Below, in pieces: positions 15,722 to 25,522 of a stretch of 32,000 bases of DNA. Numbering within the stretch: position 1 is the first letter of the stretch; each line of letters opens with the position of its first letter. Position numbers and translations under genes: made by a program. Under the pieces are notes generated by a model, which searched no databases, was not told the DNA's origin, and saw only the letters and a program-made list of their open reading frames with translations. Origin of the DNA: Candidatus Nanopusillus sp. GTDB taxonomy: Archaea > Nanobdellota > Nanobdellia > Nanobdellales > Nanobdellaceae. The stretch lies in assembly GCA_028275775.1 (NCBI GenBank), contig JAPWTZ010000004.1, forward strand, positions 1,940-33,939. Direction: 5' to 3'.

Positions 15722-17236
15722 GTGGCTAATAATATAGATAATTATATCTTATTCTATAAATATTTAGAAGAAAATGATCTGTTAGGAGTACAACTCAGGT
15801 CCTTTGAATACTTTGTTGATGTAGAAATGACAAAGATTGGAAGAGAATTGGGAACATTTTCTCCAAGATTATTAGCTCCAGGATTAAAAGATTTACAGTT
15901 TAAAATAGAAAGAATATGGTTGGGGAAGGCAGACTTTATGGAAAAAGAGGGAGTTTCTAGATTAATATATCCGATAGAAGCTAGGATCAGAAAACTTACA
16001 TATGCTGGAACAGTATTTATGGAATTTTCTGTATATGAAAATGAAACATTTAAAAGTAAATATCAGGTAGCTATTGGTAGATTGCCAATAATGGTTAGAT
16101 CAAAATATTGTAATACCTATGGATTGTCTGAAGAAGAATTGATAAGAATTGGGGAGGATCCGACAGATAGAGGTGGATATTTTATTATTAATGGAAATGA
16201 AAAATTAATTATATTATCTGAAGAACTTAGTACAAATAAATTTTATGTTCAAAGAGAATCTGGTTCTATAAAATATAGTGGATATTTGTTATCAGAATCT
16301 TTAACCCAATTAAGGGCTCATAGAATGGAAATGACAAAGGATGGTTTATTATACTTAACATTTGAGAAATATAAAAGGATTCCATTAATACCTTTGGTAA
16401 GGGCTCTAGGTTTAGAAAAGGATGTTGAAATAAATCAATTAATTTCTGAAGGAGATGATTTTGAAGAAGTATATATTAATTTATTGGAATTTCAAGATAT
16501 AAAAACTTCTGAAGATGCAATAAGATATTTAGCTGATAAATTAAAATTAACTGGATCTCCTGAAGTTAAAAGAGAAAAATTATTATCAATATTAGATAAT
16601 TTATTATTACCAAATATTGGAACATCACCAAATGATAGATTATTAAAAGCTTACAATTTATTGAAGATGGCAAGAAAGTTATTATTATTAGCTCATGAAA
16701 AAATTGATGAAGATATAAAAGATCATTTTTCAAATAAGATAGTTAGAACACCCGGAGAATTATTAAGAGAACTTTTCTTAGTTACTTTAAGAACATTGAT
16801 GACAGATGCAATGTATCAATATGAAAGATTAGTAAAAAGAGGGAAGATACCATCATATACATCTATATTTAGATCAAAAATATTTACTGAAAGATTTGAA
16901 AATGCAATGGCTGTTGGAAAATGGACAAGAAATAGAACTGGAATTGCACAAAATCTTGATAGAACTAATAAAATTTCTGTCTTATCTCATTTAACAAGGG
17001 TTGTTTCTTCAATATCAAGTGAAGCTGAATTATTAGAAGCAAGAATGGTTCATGGTACTCATTGGGGGAGATTAGATTTAATAGAAACACCAGAAGGTCA
17101 TGAAACCGGGTTAAGAAAAAATCAAACAATATTATCAAAAATAAGTTTTGAGGAAGTTGATAAAGATGAATTAATTAGGAAATTAGAGGATATAGGATTA
17201 AGGCCAATAGTTAAAAATATTTCAGATAAAAAATAA
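15722..17236 (+). CDS. rpoB2: DNA-directed RNA polymerase subunit B'' (N-terminal half of Rpo2)
   Basis: It has a GTG start. It carries the conserved blocks GGYFIINGNEKLII, RLPIMVRSKYC and THWGRLDLIETPEG. The TAA stop at 17234-17236 is followed 2 nt later by the B' ATG. Confidence 0.9.
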   Translation: MANNIDNYILFYKYLEENDLLGVQLRSFEYFVDVEMTKIGRELGTFSPRLLAPGLKDLQFKIERIWLGKADFMEKEGVSRLIYPIEARIRKLTYAGTVFMEFSVYENETFKSKYQVAIGRLPIMVRSKYCNTYGLSEEELIRIGEDPTDRGGYFIINGNEKLIILSEELSTNKFYVQRESGSIKYSGYLLSESLTQLRAHRMEMTKDGLLYLTFEKYKRIPLIPLVRALGLEKDVEINQLISEGDDFEEVYINLLEFQDIKTSEDAIRYLADKLKLTGSPEVKREKLLSILDNLLLPNIGTSPNDRLLKAYNLLKMARKLLLLAHEKIDEDIKDHFSNKIVRTPGELLRELFLVTLRTLMTDAMYQYERLVKRGKIPSYTSIFRSKIFTERFENAMAVGKWTRNRTGIAQNLDRTNKISVLSHLTRVVSSISSEAELLEARMVHGTHWGRLDLIETPEGHETGLRKNQTILSKISFEEVDKDELIRKLEDIGLRPIVKNISDKK

Positions 17237-17238
17237 AA

Positions 17239-19041
17239 ATGGCATATGAGGTTTATGTAGATAGTATTTTTGTTGGATATGTTGATGATGCTAATAAGTT
17301 TATTGAAGAATTTAAAGAAAAGAGAAGAAAAGGTATTATTCCATATTTTGTAAATATATACTTTGATGAAACAAGAAATGTTATAGAAATATTAACAAGA
17401 AAGGGAAGGATATTAAGACCTTTAATTGTTGTAAAAGATGGAAAACCTTTATTAACAAAAGAACATATTGAAAAATTAAAGAGAGGAGAAATAAAATGGT
17501 CTGATTTAGAAAAAGAAGGTATAATTGAATGGGTTGATCCTGCTGAAGAAGAAAATTTAAATGTTGCATTATATCCTGAAGATATAAAAGAAAATACAAC
17601 TCATTTAGAATTATCTTCTTTAGTAATATTTAGTATAGCTACATCTTTAGTTCCATTTTCAAATAGAAATCAATCTGCAAGATTAAATAGAGGTGTTAGA
17701 CCACAGAGACAGGCTCATGCTATATATTCATTAAATTTCCATAATAGATTTGATACAGATATATCTGTTTTATATTATCCACAATACCCGATTACTAGGA
17801 CTTTTTCTTTTAATATATTTAAGGATGATTATGCAATAGGACAAAATGTAATTGTTGCTGTAATGACACAGGAAGGATATAATATTGAAGATGCAATTAT
17901 CATGAATAAAGGTTCAATAGATAGGGGTTTATTTAGATCTGTATATTTTAGATCTTATGAAATAGAGAGATTAAGATATTCTGGAGGATTACAAGACGAA
18001 ATTACAATTCCAGATCCATCTGTTGAATTATATAGAGGAAAAGATAAATATAAAAATTTAGAAGAAGATGGAATTGTTGGTGTTGAATCATATGTAAAAC
18101 CTGAAGAAGTCCTTGTTGGTAGAGTATCACCTCCAAGATTCATTGGTTTAACTTCCGAATCTATTGCAACTGGTTTAAGAAAAAAAGATTCTTCATTAAC
18201 TACTGGTAGCGGAGAAGAAGGATGGGTAGATAGGGTTATAATAACAGAATCTGCTGATGGAAATTTACTTGTTAGAATAAAATTAAGAGATCTAAGGATT
18301 CCTGAACTTGGAGATAAATTTTCTGTAAGACATGGACAAAAAGGTGTTTTAGGAATGATTGTTGATCCATCTGATATGCCGTGGTCATCTTCAGGTCTTG
18401 TTCCAGATATAATATTCTCTCCTGCTGGAATTCCATCAAGACAAACTGTTGGTTTATTATTAGAATTACTTGCTGGAAAAGTTGGAAGTTTGAATGGAAG
18501 ATATGTTGATGGGACTCCATGGTATGGAGAAAGTGAAGAAGAATTAAGGAAAGAATTACTATCCTTAGGATTTAGAGAAGATGGAACAGAAACATTATAT
18601 AATCCTTTAACTGGAGATGAATTTAAAGTTAAAATATTTATTGGAAGTCTTTATTATTTAAGATTAAAACATATGGCAAAGAATAAATTACAGGCAAGAG
18701 CAACAGGTCCTGTTACATTATTAACAAGACAACCAACAGAGGGTAAATCAAAGAAGGGCGGTTTGAGATTTAGTGAAATGGAACATGAAGTTCTTGCTGC
18801 TCATGGTGCTTCTATATTATTAAGGGAACTATTTTCTTCTGATGATACAACTGTTTATGTTTGTGAAAAATGTGGTTCTCTTGCTGTTGAAGACAATATA
18901 AGAAATAGAGTTTATTGTCCTGTTTGTGGTGAAACTGAAAAAATATCAAAAGTTAAAATTTCTTATGCATTCTACTTATTATTAAATGAATTAATTTCTC
19001 TTGGAATTTGGCCTAGACTTAAGTTGGACTATAAGTTTTAA
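17239..19041 (+). CDS. rpoB1: DNA-directed RNA polymerase subunit B' (C-terminal half of Rpo2)
   Basis: It carries GYNIEDAIIMNK, GDKFSVRHGQKGV, GLRFSEMEHEVLAAHGA and the C-terminal zinc ribbon CEKCG...CPVCG. Confidence 0.92.
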   Translation: MAYEVYVDSIFVGYVDDANKFIEEFKEKRRKGIIPYFVNIYFDETRNVIEILTRKGRILRPLIVVKDGKPLLTKEHIEKLKRGEIKWSDLEKEGIIEWVDPAEEENLNVALYPEDIKENTTHLELSSLVIFSIATSLVPFSNRNQSARLNRGVRPQRQAHAIYSLNFHNRFDTDISVLYYPQYPITRTFSFNIFKDDYAIGQNVIVAVMTQEGYNIEDAIIMNKGSIDRGLFRSVYFRSYEIERLRYSGGLQDEITIPDPSVELYRGKDKYKNLEEDGIVGVESYVKPEEVLVGRVSPPRFIGLTSESIATGLRKKDSSLTTGSGEEGWVDRVIITESADGNLLVRIKLRDLRIPELGDKFSVRHGQKGVLGMIVDPSDMPWSSSGLVPDIIFSPAGIPSRQTVGLLLELLAGKVGSLNGRYVDGTPWYGESEEELRKELLSLGFREDGTETLYNPLTGDEFKVKIFIGSLYYLRLKHMAKNKLQARATGPVTLLTRQPTEGKSKKGGLRFSEMEHEVLAAHGASILLRELFSSDDTTVYVCEKCGSLAVEDNIRNRVYCPVCGETEKISKVKISYAFYLLLNELISLGIWPRLKLDYKF

Positions 19042-21713
19042 TGATGAACGACATATTTTTCAAAAGAATTTCTGAAATCCAATATTTTCTATTAAGTCCA
19101 GATACAATAAGAAAAATGTCTGCAGCAAAAATAATTGTATCAGAGTTATATGATGAAGATGGGACTCCAATAAGGGGTGGATTGATGGATTTAAGATTGG
19201 GAGTAGTAGATCCAACATTTGTATGTGAAACATGTGGAAAAACTGCAGGAAAATGTTTGGGTCATTTTGGTCATATTGAATTGGCAAGACCAGTATTACA
19301 TCCAGAATTTTTGCCAATTGTTAAAGAATTAATAAATGCTGTTTGTCATAATTGTGGTCATGTAAAATTAACAAAAGAAGAGAGAGAATTTGCATTAAAT
19401 AGAATAGAAAAATATAAGAATTCAAAAAGATGGAATAGATTATATAAATTTATAGTTAAGTTTGTATATTCTAAAGCTAAAAAAAGGTCAAAATGTCCTA
19501 TATGTGGATATGAAAATCCAAAAGTAGAATTTAGGAAGCCATTTTATTTTTATGTTAAAGATAAGGAAAATGAAAGAAGAATGTATCCTGTTGAAATTAG
19601 AGCAATATTTGAAAAAATACCAAATGAAGATTTACCATTAATTGGATTTGATCCATCACTTTCCAGACCAGAATGGATGATATTAACAGTTTTACCGGTA
19701 CCTCCAGTAACAATGAGACCTTCAATAGTTTTAGAAACTGGTGAAAGAGCAGAGGATGATTTAACTCATAAATTAGTTGATATTATAAGAACAAATCAGA
19801 GATTAAAGGAAGATATAACAACAGGAGCCCCACAAGTTATTGTAGATGATATATATAACTTATTACAATATCATATATTTACATATTTCAATAATACATT
19901 ACCATATGTCCCGAAGGCTCAACATAAATGGGGAAAACCATTAAAATCATTAGTTGAAAGAATATCTGGAAAAGAAGGAATAATCAGGAGATATTTGCTT
20001 GGAAAAAGAATAAATTATAGTTCAAGGGCAGTTATTACTCCAGATACAAAAATAAAGCCAAATGAAGTTGGAATACCATTATATGTTGCAAAAACATTAA
20101 CAGTTCCTGAAAGAGTTACTGAATGGAACATTGAAAAAATGAAGGAATATATATTGAATGGACCTGAAAAATATCCAGGTGCAAATTATGTAATATCACC
20201 AGATGGAAGAAAAAGAGTAATTACTGAAGAAAATAAAGAAACACTTGCTTCAATGATTGCACCAGGATGGATTGTTGAAAGACATTTAATGGATGGAGAC
20301 ATTGTATTATTATTAAGATATCCTTCTTTACATAGATTATCAATGATGGGACATTATGTTAAAGTACTTCCAGGAAATACTTTTAGGATAAATCCAATAA
20401 TATGCAAACCATATAATGCAGATTTTGATGGAGATGAAATGAATATATTTTTGCCAAGAAGTGAAGAAGCAAGGGCAGAGACAGAATTTTTAGCAGAAAT
20501 ATCAAATAATTATATTACTCCAAGATATGGAGACTTTATTGTTGGTATGATTCAAGAAATGATAACAGGATTATATTTAATAACACAGGATGATGTAAAA
20601 ATACCAATTAATCAAGCCGCACAATTGGTATATATGTCAAATGCTAATGATAAAGATTTAGATAAGTTATCTAATATTATTAAAAAAGCAAAAGAGGAAG
20701 GAAGAGATTATCTAACTGGAAAAGAAGTTGCTTCTGTATTTTTACCAGATAACTTTAACTTTGAAAATGATAAAATAAAGATAGAAAATGGAATGATAGT
20801 TAGAGGATATTTAGATTCAAGTTTAATAAAGGCGGAAAAAGGTAGATTATTTGTTGTATTATATAAATTATATGGAAAAGAATATGTAACAGATTTATTA
20901 CAAAAATATAGTTTGTTAGGAATATATTATCAATATAATTTGGGAATTTCAATGTCTATTTCAGACTTCGATTTACCAGAAGAAGCAAAAGAAGAAATAA
21001 GAAAGATAATAGATGATACACAAAAAACAGTAGATGATTTATATAAACAATATACTGAGGGAACACTTGAAAGAATTGCTGGTAGAAGTTTACAGGAAAC
21101 ATATGAATTAAAATCTATGCAAGTAATATCTGAAAGTGTTACAAAAATACAGGATGTTCTTAGAAAATATATGAAAAAGGATACAGGTACATATATTATG
21201 TCTGTAACTGGTGCGAGAGGTGATTGGCAGGATGCTGTAAAAATGGCTGGATCTTTAGGATTTCAAGCATTTAGAGGAAGATTTATAGATTTTGGTTATA
21301 GAGGAAGAAATTTAACAATATTTGAGAAAAATATATATCATCCAAAATATCATGGTTGGGTAATAAGTTCATTTAGAGATGGATTAAAACCATGGGAAAT
21401 GTTCTTCCATGCATTACCTGGTAGAGACTCTTTAATGGATACTGCAATAAGAACTGCCCAATCTGGATATTTCTATAGAAGACTAGTATTAAGTTTATAT
21501 GATCTTCATGTAAATGATGATTTAACTGTTAGAGATGCTTATAATAGAATTGTACAATTTGTTTATGGAGGAGATGGTGTTGCAGTACATAAATCAATAA
21601 ATGGAAAATTAGATGTAAATTTACTGGCCCAAATTTTAAAACCTTATGTAGAAAATAATAAAGATGGAACTACCAGAAAAAATAAAAAAGGATCTAGAAA
21701 AAATAGAAGATGA
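19041..21713 (+). CDS. rpoA1: DNA-directed RNA polymerase subunit A' (Rpo1N)
   Basis: It has the zinc motifs CETCG...CLGHFGHIEL and CHNCG. The catalytic NADFDGDEMN motif lies at nt 20415-20444. RLSMMGH is also present. The start overlaps the rpoB1 stop. Confidence 0.92.
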   Translation: MMNDIFFKRISEIQYFLLSPDTIRKMSAAKIIVSELYDEDGTPIRGGLMDLRLGVVDPTFVCETCGKTAGKCLGHFGHIELARPVLHPEFLPIVKELINAVCHNCGHVKLTKEEREFALNRIEKYKNSKRWNRLYKFIVKFVYSKAKKRSKCPICGYENPKVEFRKPFYFYVKDKENERRMYPVEIRAIFEKIPNEDLPLIGFDPSLSRPEWMILTVLPVPPVTMRPSIVLETGERAEDDLTHKLVDIIRTNQRLKEDITTGAPQVIVDDIYNLLQYHIFTYFNNTLPYVPKAQHKWGKPLKSLVERISGKEGIIRRYLLGKRINYSSRAVITPDTKIKPNEVGIPLYVAKTLTVPERVTEWNIEKMKEYILNGPEKYPGANYVISPDGRKRVITEENKETLASMIAPGWIVERHLMDGDIVLLLRYPSLHRLSMMGHYVKVLPGNTFRINPIICKPYNADFDGDEMNIFLPRSEEARAETEFLAEISNNYITPRYGDFIVGMIQEMITGLYLITQDDVKIPINQAAQLVYMSNANDKDLDKLSNIIKKAKEEGRDYLTGKEVASVFLPDNFNFENDKIKIENGMIVRGYLDSSLIKAEKGRLFVVLYKLYGKEYVTDLLQKYSLLGIYYQYNLGISMSISDFDLPEEAKEEIRKIIDDTQKTVDDLYKQYTEGTLERIAGRSLQETYELKSMQVISESVTKIQDVLRKYMKKDTGTYIMSVTGARGDWQDAVKMAGSLGFQAFRGRFIDFGYRGRNLTIFEKNIYHPKYHGWVISSFRDGLKPWEMFFHALPGRDSLMDTAIRTAQSGYFYRRLVLSLYDLHVNDDLTVRDAYNRIVQFVYGGDGVAVHKSINGKLDVNLLAQILKPYVENNKDGTTRKNKKGSRKNRR

Positions 21714-22758
21714 AAAATTAAGAAAAGTTGTAGAAGATTTCTCATATAGTTTTATAATAGATCCTGGTGAACCTGTTGGTATAGTTGCTGCTCAATCAAT
21801 TGCAGAACCAACTACACAAATGATATTGAGATCTTTCCACTTTGTAGGTATATCTGCTCAGCAGGTTTCTTTGGGTTTACCTAGAATTACTGAAATAACT
21901 GATGCAAAAAAGAAAATGAAGAGAAAATATATGATAATAAGGTTATTGGATGAGTATAAAAATGATTTAAATGTAGCTCAAAATGTTGCAAAAAGGATAA
22001 AGGAATTATTATTGGAAGATTTATTATCATCAATAACATTGGATGTATTTGAAAATAAGATAATAATTGTTTTGGATAAAGAAAAATTAAAAAAAGAAGA
22101 ATTAACATTTGATGAAGTATTTAGAATATTAAAAAAGAAAATAAAGAAATATAGGGTTGAAAATGATAAACAAAAAATATATATAACTGCTCCTAAATTA
22201 TCTGCAAGGGAATTATATTTGCTTAAAGAAATGGTAAAGAAAATATTAATAAAAGGGATAAAAGGAATTAAAGATGTAACTATACAGAAAGAAGATAATG
22301 AATATGTAATATATACTGTTGGATCTAATTTATTAGAAGTTATGAAAATACCTGAAGTAGATTATACAAAAGTATATACAAATGATCTAAGGGAAATAGA
22401 AAAAGTATTTGGAATAGAAGCTACTAGGGCTGCAATATTACAAGAATTAGTTAAATTATATGAACAGCAGGGTCTTAATGTAAATGTAAGACACTTTATG
22501 TTAGTAGCAGATATGTTAACATGGTATGGTACATATTTAGGTATAAATAGATATGGATTACATGCAGAAAAAGAATCTACGTTATCAAAAGCAGCATTTG
22601 AAACACCAGTTTCTATATTTGTTAGGTCTTCAATAATGGGACAATCTGATAAAGTATTAAGTGGAATAGATAATTCTATAATGAATCAGCCAATATATTT
22701 GGGTACAGGTTTGTATGATATATATTTTGTAGGAAATAAAAAGGAAGATAAGGAATAA
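21664..22758 (+). CDS. rpoA2: DNA-directed RNA polymerase subunit A'' (Rpo1C)
   Basis: PGEPVGIVAAQSIAEPTTQM (trigger-loop region) and RHFMLVADMLTWYG are present. It overlaps the Lys/Arg-rich tail of A' by 50 nt. Confidence 0.9.
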   Translation: MELPEKIKKDLEKIEDEKLRKVVEDFSYSFIIDPGEPVGIVAAQSIAEPTTQMILRSFHFVGISAQQVSLGLPRITEITDAKKKMKRKYMIIRLLDEYKNDLNVAQNVAKRIKELLLEDLLSSITLDVFENKIIIVLDKEKLKKEELTFDEVFRILKKKIKKYRVENDKQKIYITAPKLSARELYLLKEMVKKILIKGIKGIKDVTIQKEDNEYVIYTVGSNLLEVMKIPEVDYTKVYTNDLREIEKVFGIEATRAAILQELVKLYEQQGLNVNVRHFMLVADMLTWYGTYLGINRYGLHAEKESTLSKAAFETPVSIFVRSSIMGQSDKVLSGIDNSIMNQPIYLGTGLYDIYFVGNKKEDKE

Positions 22759-22784
22759 AAATATTTTTTATATAGATAAATTTT

Positions 22785-23057
22785 ATGGTAACATTTGATG
22801 ATTTAAGAAAGAAAATTGTTGATGAGAAAAGTGTAATTATTGGATATAATAGAACTTTGAAAATGATTAAAAGAGGAAAAGTAGAAAAAGTATTTTTAGC
22901 AAAGAATGTTCCTGAAAATATAAAAAAGGATATAGAATATTATCAAAAGTTAGGCAATTTTGAAGTAGAAATATTGAATTATTCAAATGAAGAAGTTGGT
23001 TTGTTATTGAAAAAGCCATTTAAAATTTCTGTTATATCTATATTAAAGAATGGCTAA
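22785..23057 (+). CDS. rpl30e: Ribosomal protein eL30 (L30e)
   Basis: The L30e signature is [26 protein letters not shown]...YY...[18 protein letters not shown]. It holds the canonical position after rpoA''. Confidence 0.85.
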   Translation: MVTFDDLRKKIVDEKSVIIGYNRTLKMIKRGKVEKVFLAKNVPENIKKDIEYYQKLGNFEVEILNYSNEEVGLLLKKPFKISVISILKNG

Positions 23058-23478
23058 TGGATTATTTGCTGCTAAAAAATTAATTGAAAATAGGAAAAAA
23101 TTTAGATGGAGTAAGAAAGAATGGAAGAGAAGAATATTAAAATTAAAAGAGAAATATGATCCTCTGGAAGGAAGTCCAATGGCATCAGGAATTGTATTAG
23201 AAAAAGTACAGATTGAAAAAAGACAGCCATATTCTGGAATGATAAAGTGTGTAAAAGTACAATTAAAGAAGAATGGAAAAATTGTTACAGCTTTTGCTCC
23301 AGGTGATAAGGCAATAAAATATATTGATGAACATGATGAAGTATTAATAGTTGGAATAGGGGGACCAAAGGGAAGAACTATAGGTTCAATACCAGGAGTA
23401 AGATATAAGGTAATACTAGTAAATGGACAGCCTTTAGAATTATTAAGGAAGGGTAAGATAGAAAAAGCTAGAAGATAG
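23050..23478 (+). CDS. rps12: Ribosomal protein uS12
   Basis: [17 protein letters not shown]...[17 protein letters not shown]...[14 protein letters not shown]...[13 protein letters not shown] is the archaeal S12/S23 signature. Confidence 0.9.
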   Translation: MANGLFAAKKLIENRKKFRWSKKEWKRRILKLKEKYDPLEGSPMASGIVLEKVQIEKRQPYSGMIKCVKVQLKKNGKIVTAFAPGDKAIKYIDEHDEVLIVGIGGPKGRTIGSIPGVRYKVILVNGQPLELLRKGKIEKARR

Positions 23479-23552
23479 AAAAGATAGATAAATAGTCGTT
23501 ATTTTTTGATAACAAAAACAATATTTATATAATTTTATTATATAAAAAATAA

Positions 23553-24368
23553 ATGGTATATGACTTATTTATATCTATAGGTTATTATATTGGTTTTTTA
23601 GTATTAGGTGGCATAATAGGTTATTTTATTGGATGGATAGTATATAAAGTATTGAACTGGCTATTTGCAAAATACATAAAAATAGAGAGTGTATATGAAA
23701 AATTAAAATCAACATTTAGCAAAATGCCAGAAATAAATGTAGCAGTCCTATTATCATATTTGGTTGGAATAATATTGGGAATATTAGTATTTAATAGTAT
23801 ATTATCATTAATGCCAAGTGTATTAACAGCAAATCAGTATTATTACATATCTAATATAGTACAATTGACAATGACAGTTTCTTCAACATTATTATTAATA
23901 TCAATAGTTGTATTAATAATAGCAGCGGGTGTAATATTTTCCATATTCTTTACATCATATCTATATATATTAATTGAAGGTTATAATGAATATGTAGCAG
24001 AATTATTGAAACTATTATTATTCTTAGGATTTGTATGGATAATAACATATTATTCTTTAGAATTATTAGGATTCCAATATACACTATTCGATAATATTAT
24101 AGGTGTATTTGTAATATTATCAATTGGATTAATTGTAATGAAATATATAACAGAAAATATAAGTGAAAATACATATTATAAAAATGTAAAACCATTTATC
24201 CAAGTATTTATATATTCAATATTTGTTATATCATCACTATCAGTATTAACTGTTGGATATTCAAATATTTCAGCAAGTGTAGAAAGTATATTTGCATGGG
24301 GCTTTGTAATATTATTTGTACTAACATTAATACCAGTATTGGTTAAGGCAATAAAAGAATCAGAATAA
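23553..24368 (+). CDS. Integral membrane protein (about 7 TM helices), unknown family, inserted between rps12 and rps7
   Basis: The 271 aa are hydrophobic throughout. A TATA-like TTTATATAA lies 20-28 nt upstream of the ATG. I recognise no motif. Confidence 0.6.
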   Translation: MVYDLFISIGYYIGFLVLGGIIGYFIGWIVYKVLNWLFAKYIKIESVYEKLKSTFSKMPEINVAVLLSYLVGIILGILVFNSILSLMPSVLTANQYYYISNIVQLTMTVSSTLLLISIVVLIIAAGVIFSIFFTSYLYILIEGYNEYVAELLKLLLFLGFVWIITYYSLELLGFQYTLFDNIIGVFVILSIGLIVMKYITENISENTYYKNVKPFIQVFIYSIFVISSLSVLTVGYSNISASVESIFAWGFVILFVLTLIPVLVKAIKESE

Positions 24369-24399
24369 TTTTTTAATTTATTCTTTAATATTATTTTTA

Positions 24400-25005
24400 A
24401 TGGTAAATGATATTAATGATTTAAAATTCCTTGGAAGATGGAAATATGAAATAGATGTAGAAGATGAAACTTTAAGGGCATTTATGAATTTAAAGCCATA
24501 TATTGTTCCAAAGACAAATGGTAGATATCAAAATAGAAGATTTGGAAGAAAAAATATACCAATTATAGAAAGATTAATTGGTAGATTAATGACACCAGGT
24601 CACTATGGTAGAAAACATAAGTTTACATCATATTATGCTTCTGGAGAATATTATAAAGTATTAAAAATATTAATAAAGGCATTTGAAATAATTGAAAAGG
24701 AAACAAAACAAAATCCAATAAAAGTATTAACAAAAGCAATAGAAAATGCTGCTCCAAGAGAAGAAATAACAAATATAGAAATGGGTGGCGCAAGATATCC
24801 AAAGGCAGTGGATATTTCACCTTTAAGAAGAATTGATCTTGCTATAAGACATATTGTTTGGGGAGCATATCATAATTCTAGGAATAAAAAAGATATGGCA
24901 AGTGCATTGGCAAAAGAAATAATAAATGCATATAAAAATTCTGTAGAATCTTTTGCAATACAGAAAAAATTAGAATTAGAAAGGTTAGCTTCATCTTCTA
25001 GATAA
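24400..25005 (+). CDS. rps7: Ribosomal protein uS7
   Basis: IIERLIGRLM...NPIKVLTKAIENAAPREEIT...GGARYPKAVDISPLRRIDLAIRHI...ELERLASSSR is the archaeal S7/S5e signature. Confidence 0.9.
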   Translation: MVNDINDLKFLGRWKYEIDVEDETLRAFMNLKPYIVPKTNGRYQNRRFGRKNIPIIERLIGRLMTPGHYGRKHKFTSYYASGEYYKVLKILIKAFEIIEKETKQNPIKVLTKAIENAAPREEITNIEMGGARYPKAVDISPLRRIDLAIRHIVWGAYHNSRNKKDMASALAKEIINAYKNSVESFAIQKKLELERLASSSR

Positions 25006-25036
25006 TTTATAAATTATAAAATTAATTTTTATTTTT

Positions 25037-25522
25037 ATGAACCCGCGGAGTCTAGTACCAAAAAAAGTTTTCTTTACTTCTGGTATAGGTATATCAGATG
25101 ATCCATTATTAAGTTTTGAATATGCATTGAGAGATGCAAAAATAGAGAAGTTTAATTTAGTTCCAGTATCAAGTATAGCACCGCCAAATATAAAAATTAT
25201 AGACATAGATGAAGGATTAAAATATTTAAAGGCAGGTCAGATTGTATTTTGTGTTTTATCTAGATTTACTTCAAATGAAGAAGGTAAAGAAATATTTTCA
25301 TCAGTTGGAGTAGCATTACCTAAGGATAAAAAATATAATGGATATTTTACAGAATACCATGGATATTATACTGGAAAAGAGGAAGGATATGCAAAAAATA
25401 TGGCAAAAAATATGTTAAAGTCTATGTATAATATAGAAATAGATAAGGAATTTGAAATATTTAAAAAAGCTACTGTAAAGGATTATACAACTGTTGTATC
25501 TGCTGCAGTTTTTATTTTATAA
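25037..25522 (+). CDS. pdaD: Pyruvoyl-dependent arginine decarboxylase
   Basis: The signature is VPKKVFFTSGIG...SFEYALRDAKIEKFNLVPVSSIAPP. The self-cleavage Ser-Ser pair is at nt 25169-25174. The 161 aa length is typical of PdaD. Confidence 0.8.
   Translation: MNPRSLVPKKVFFTSGIGISDDPLLSFEYALRDAKIEKFNLVPVSSIAPPNIKIIDIDEGLKYLKAGQIVFCVLSRFTSNEEGKEIFSSVGVALPKDKKYNGYFTEYHGYYTGKEEGYAKNMAKNMLKSMYNIEIDKEFEIFKKATVKDYTTVVSAAVFIL

Noticed and set aside
19041-19075. ATGATGA followed by CTGA at the start of rpoA', considered as a C/D-box-like element
   Set aside because: The boxes are 24 nt apart and there is no internal D'/C' pair or terminal stem. The sequence is simply the Met-Met-Asn start of a conserved CDS.
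17381-19317. Several 62-85 aa minus-strand ORFs (17381..17599, 17955..18143, 18272..18520, 19060..19317)
   Set aside because: All are antisense to the highly conserved rpoB' and rpoA' coding sequences. They encode Leu/Phe/Gln-rich nonsense typical of the reverse frame of Lys/Glu-rich AT-biased genes.
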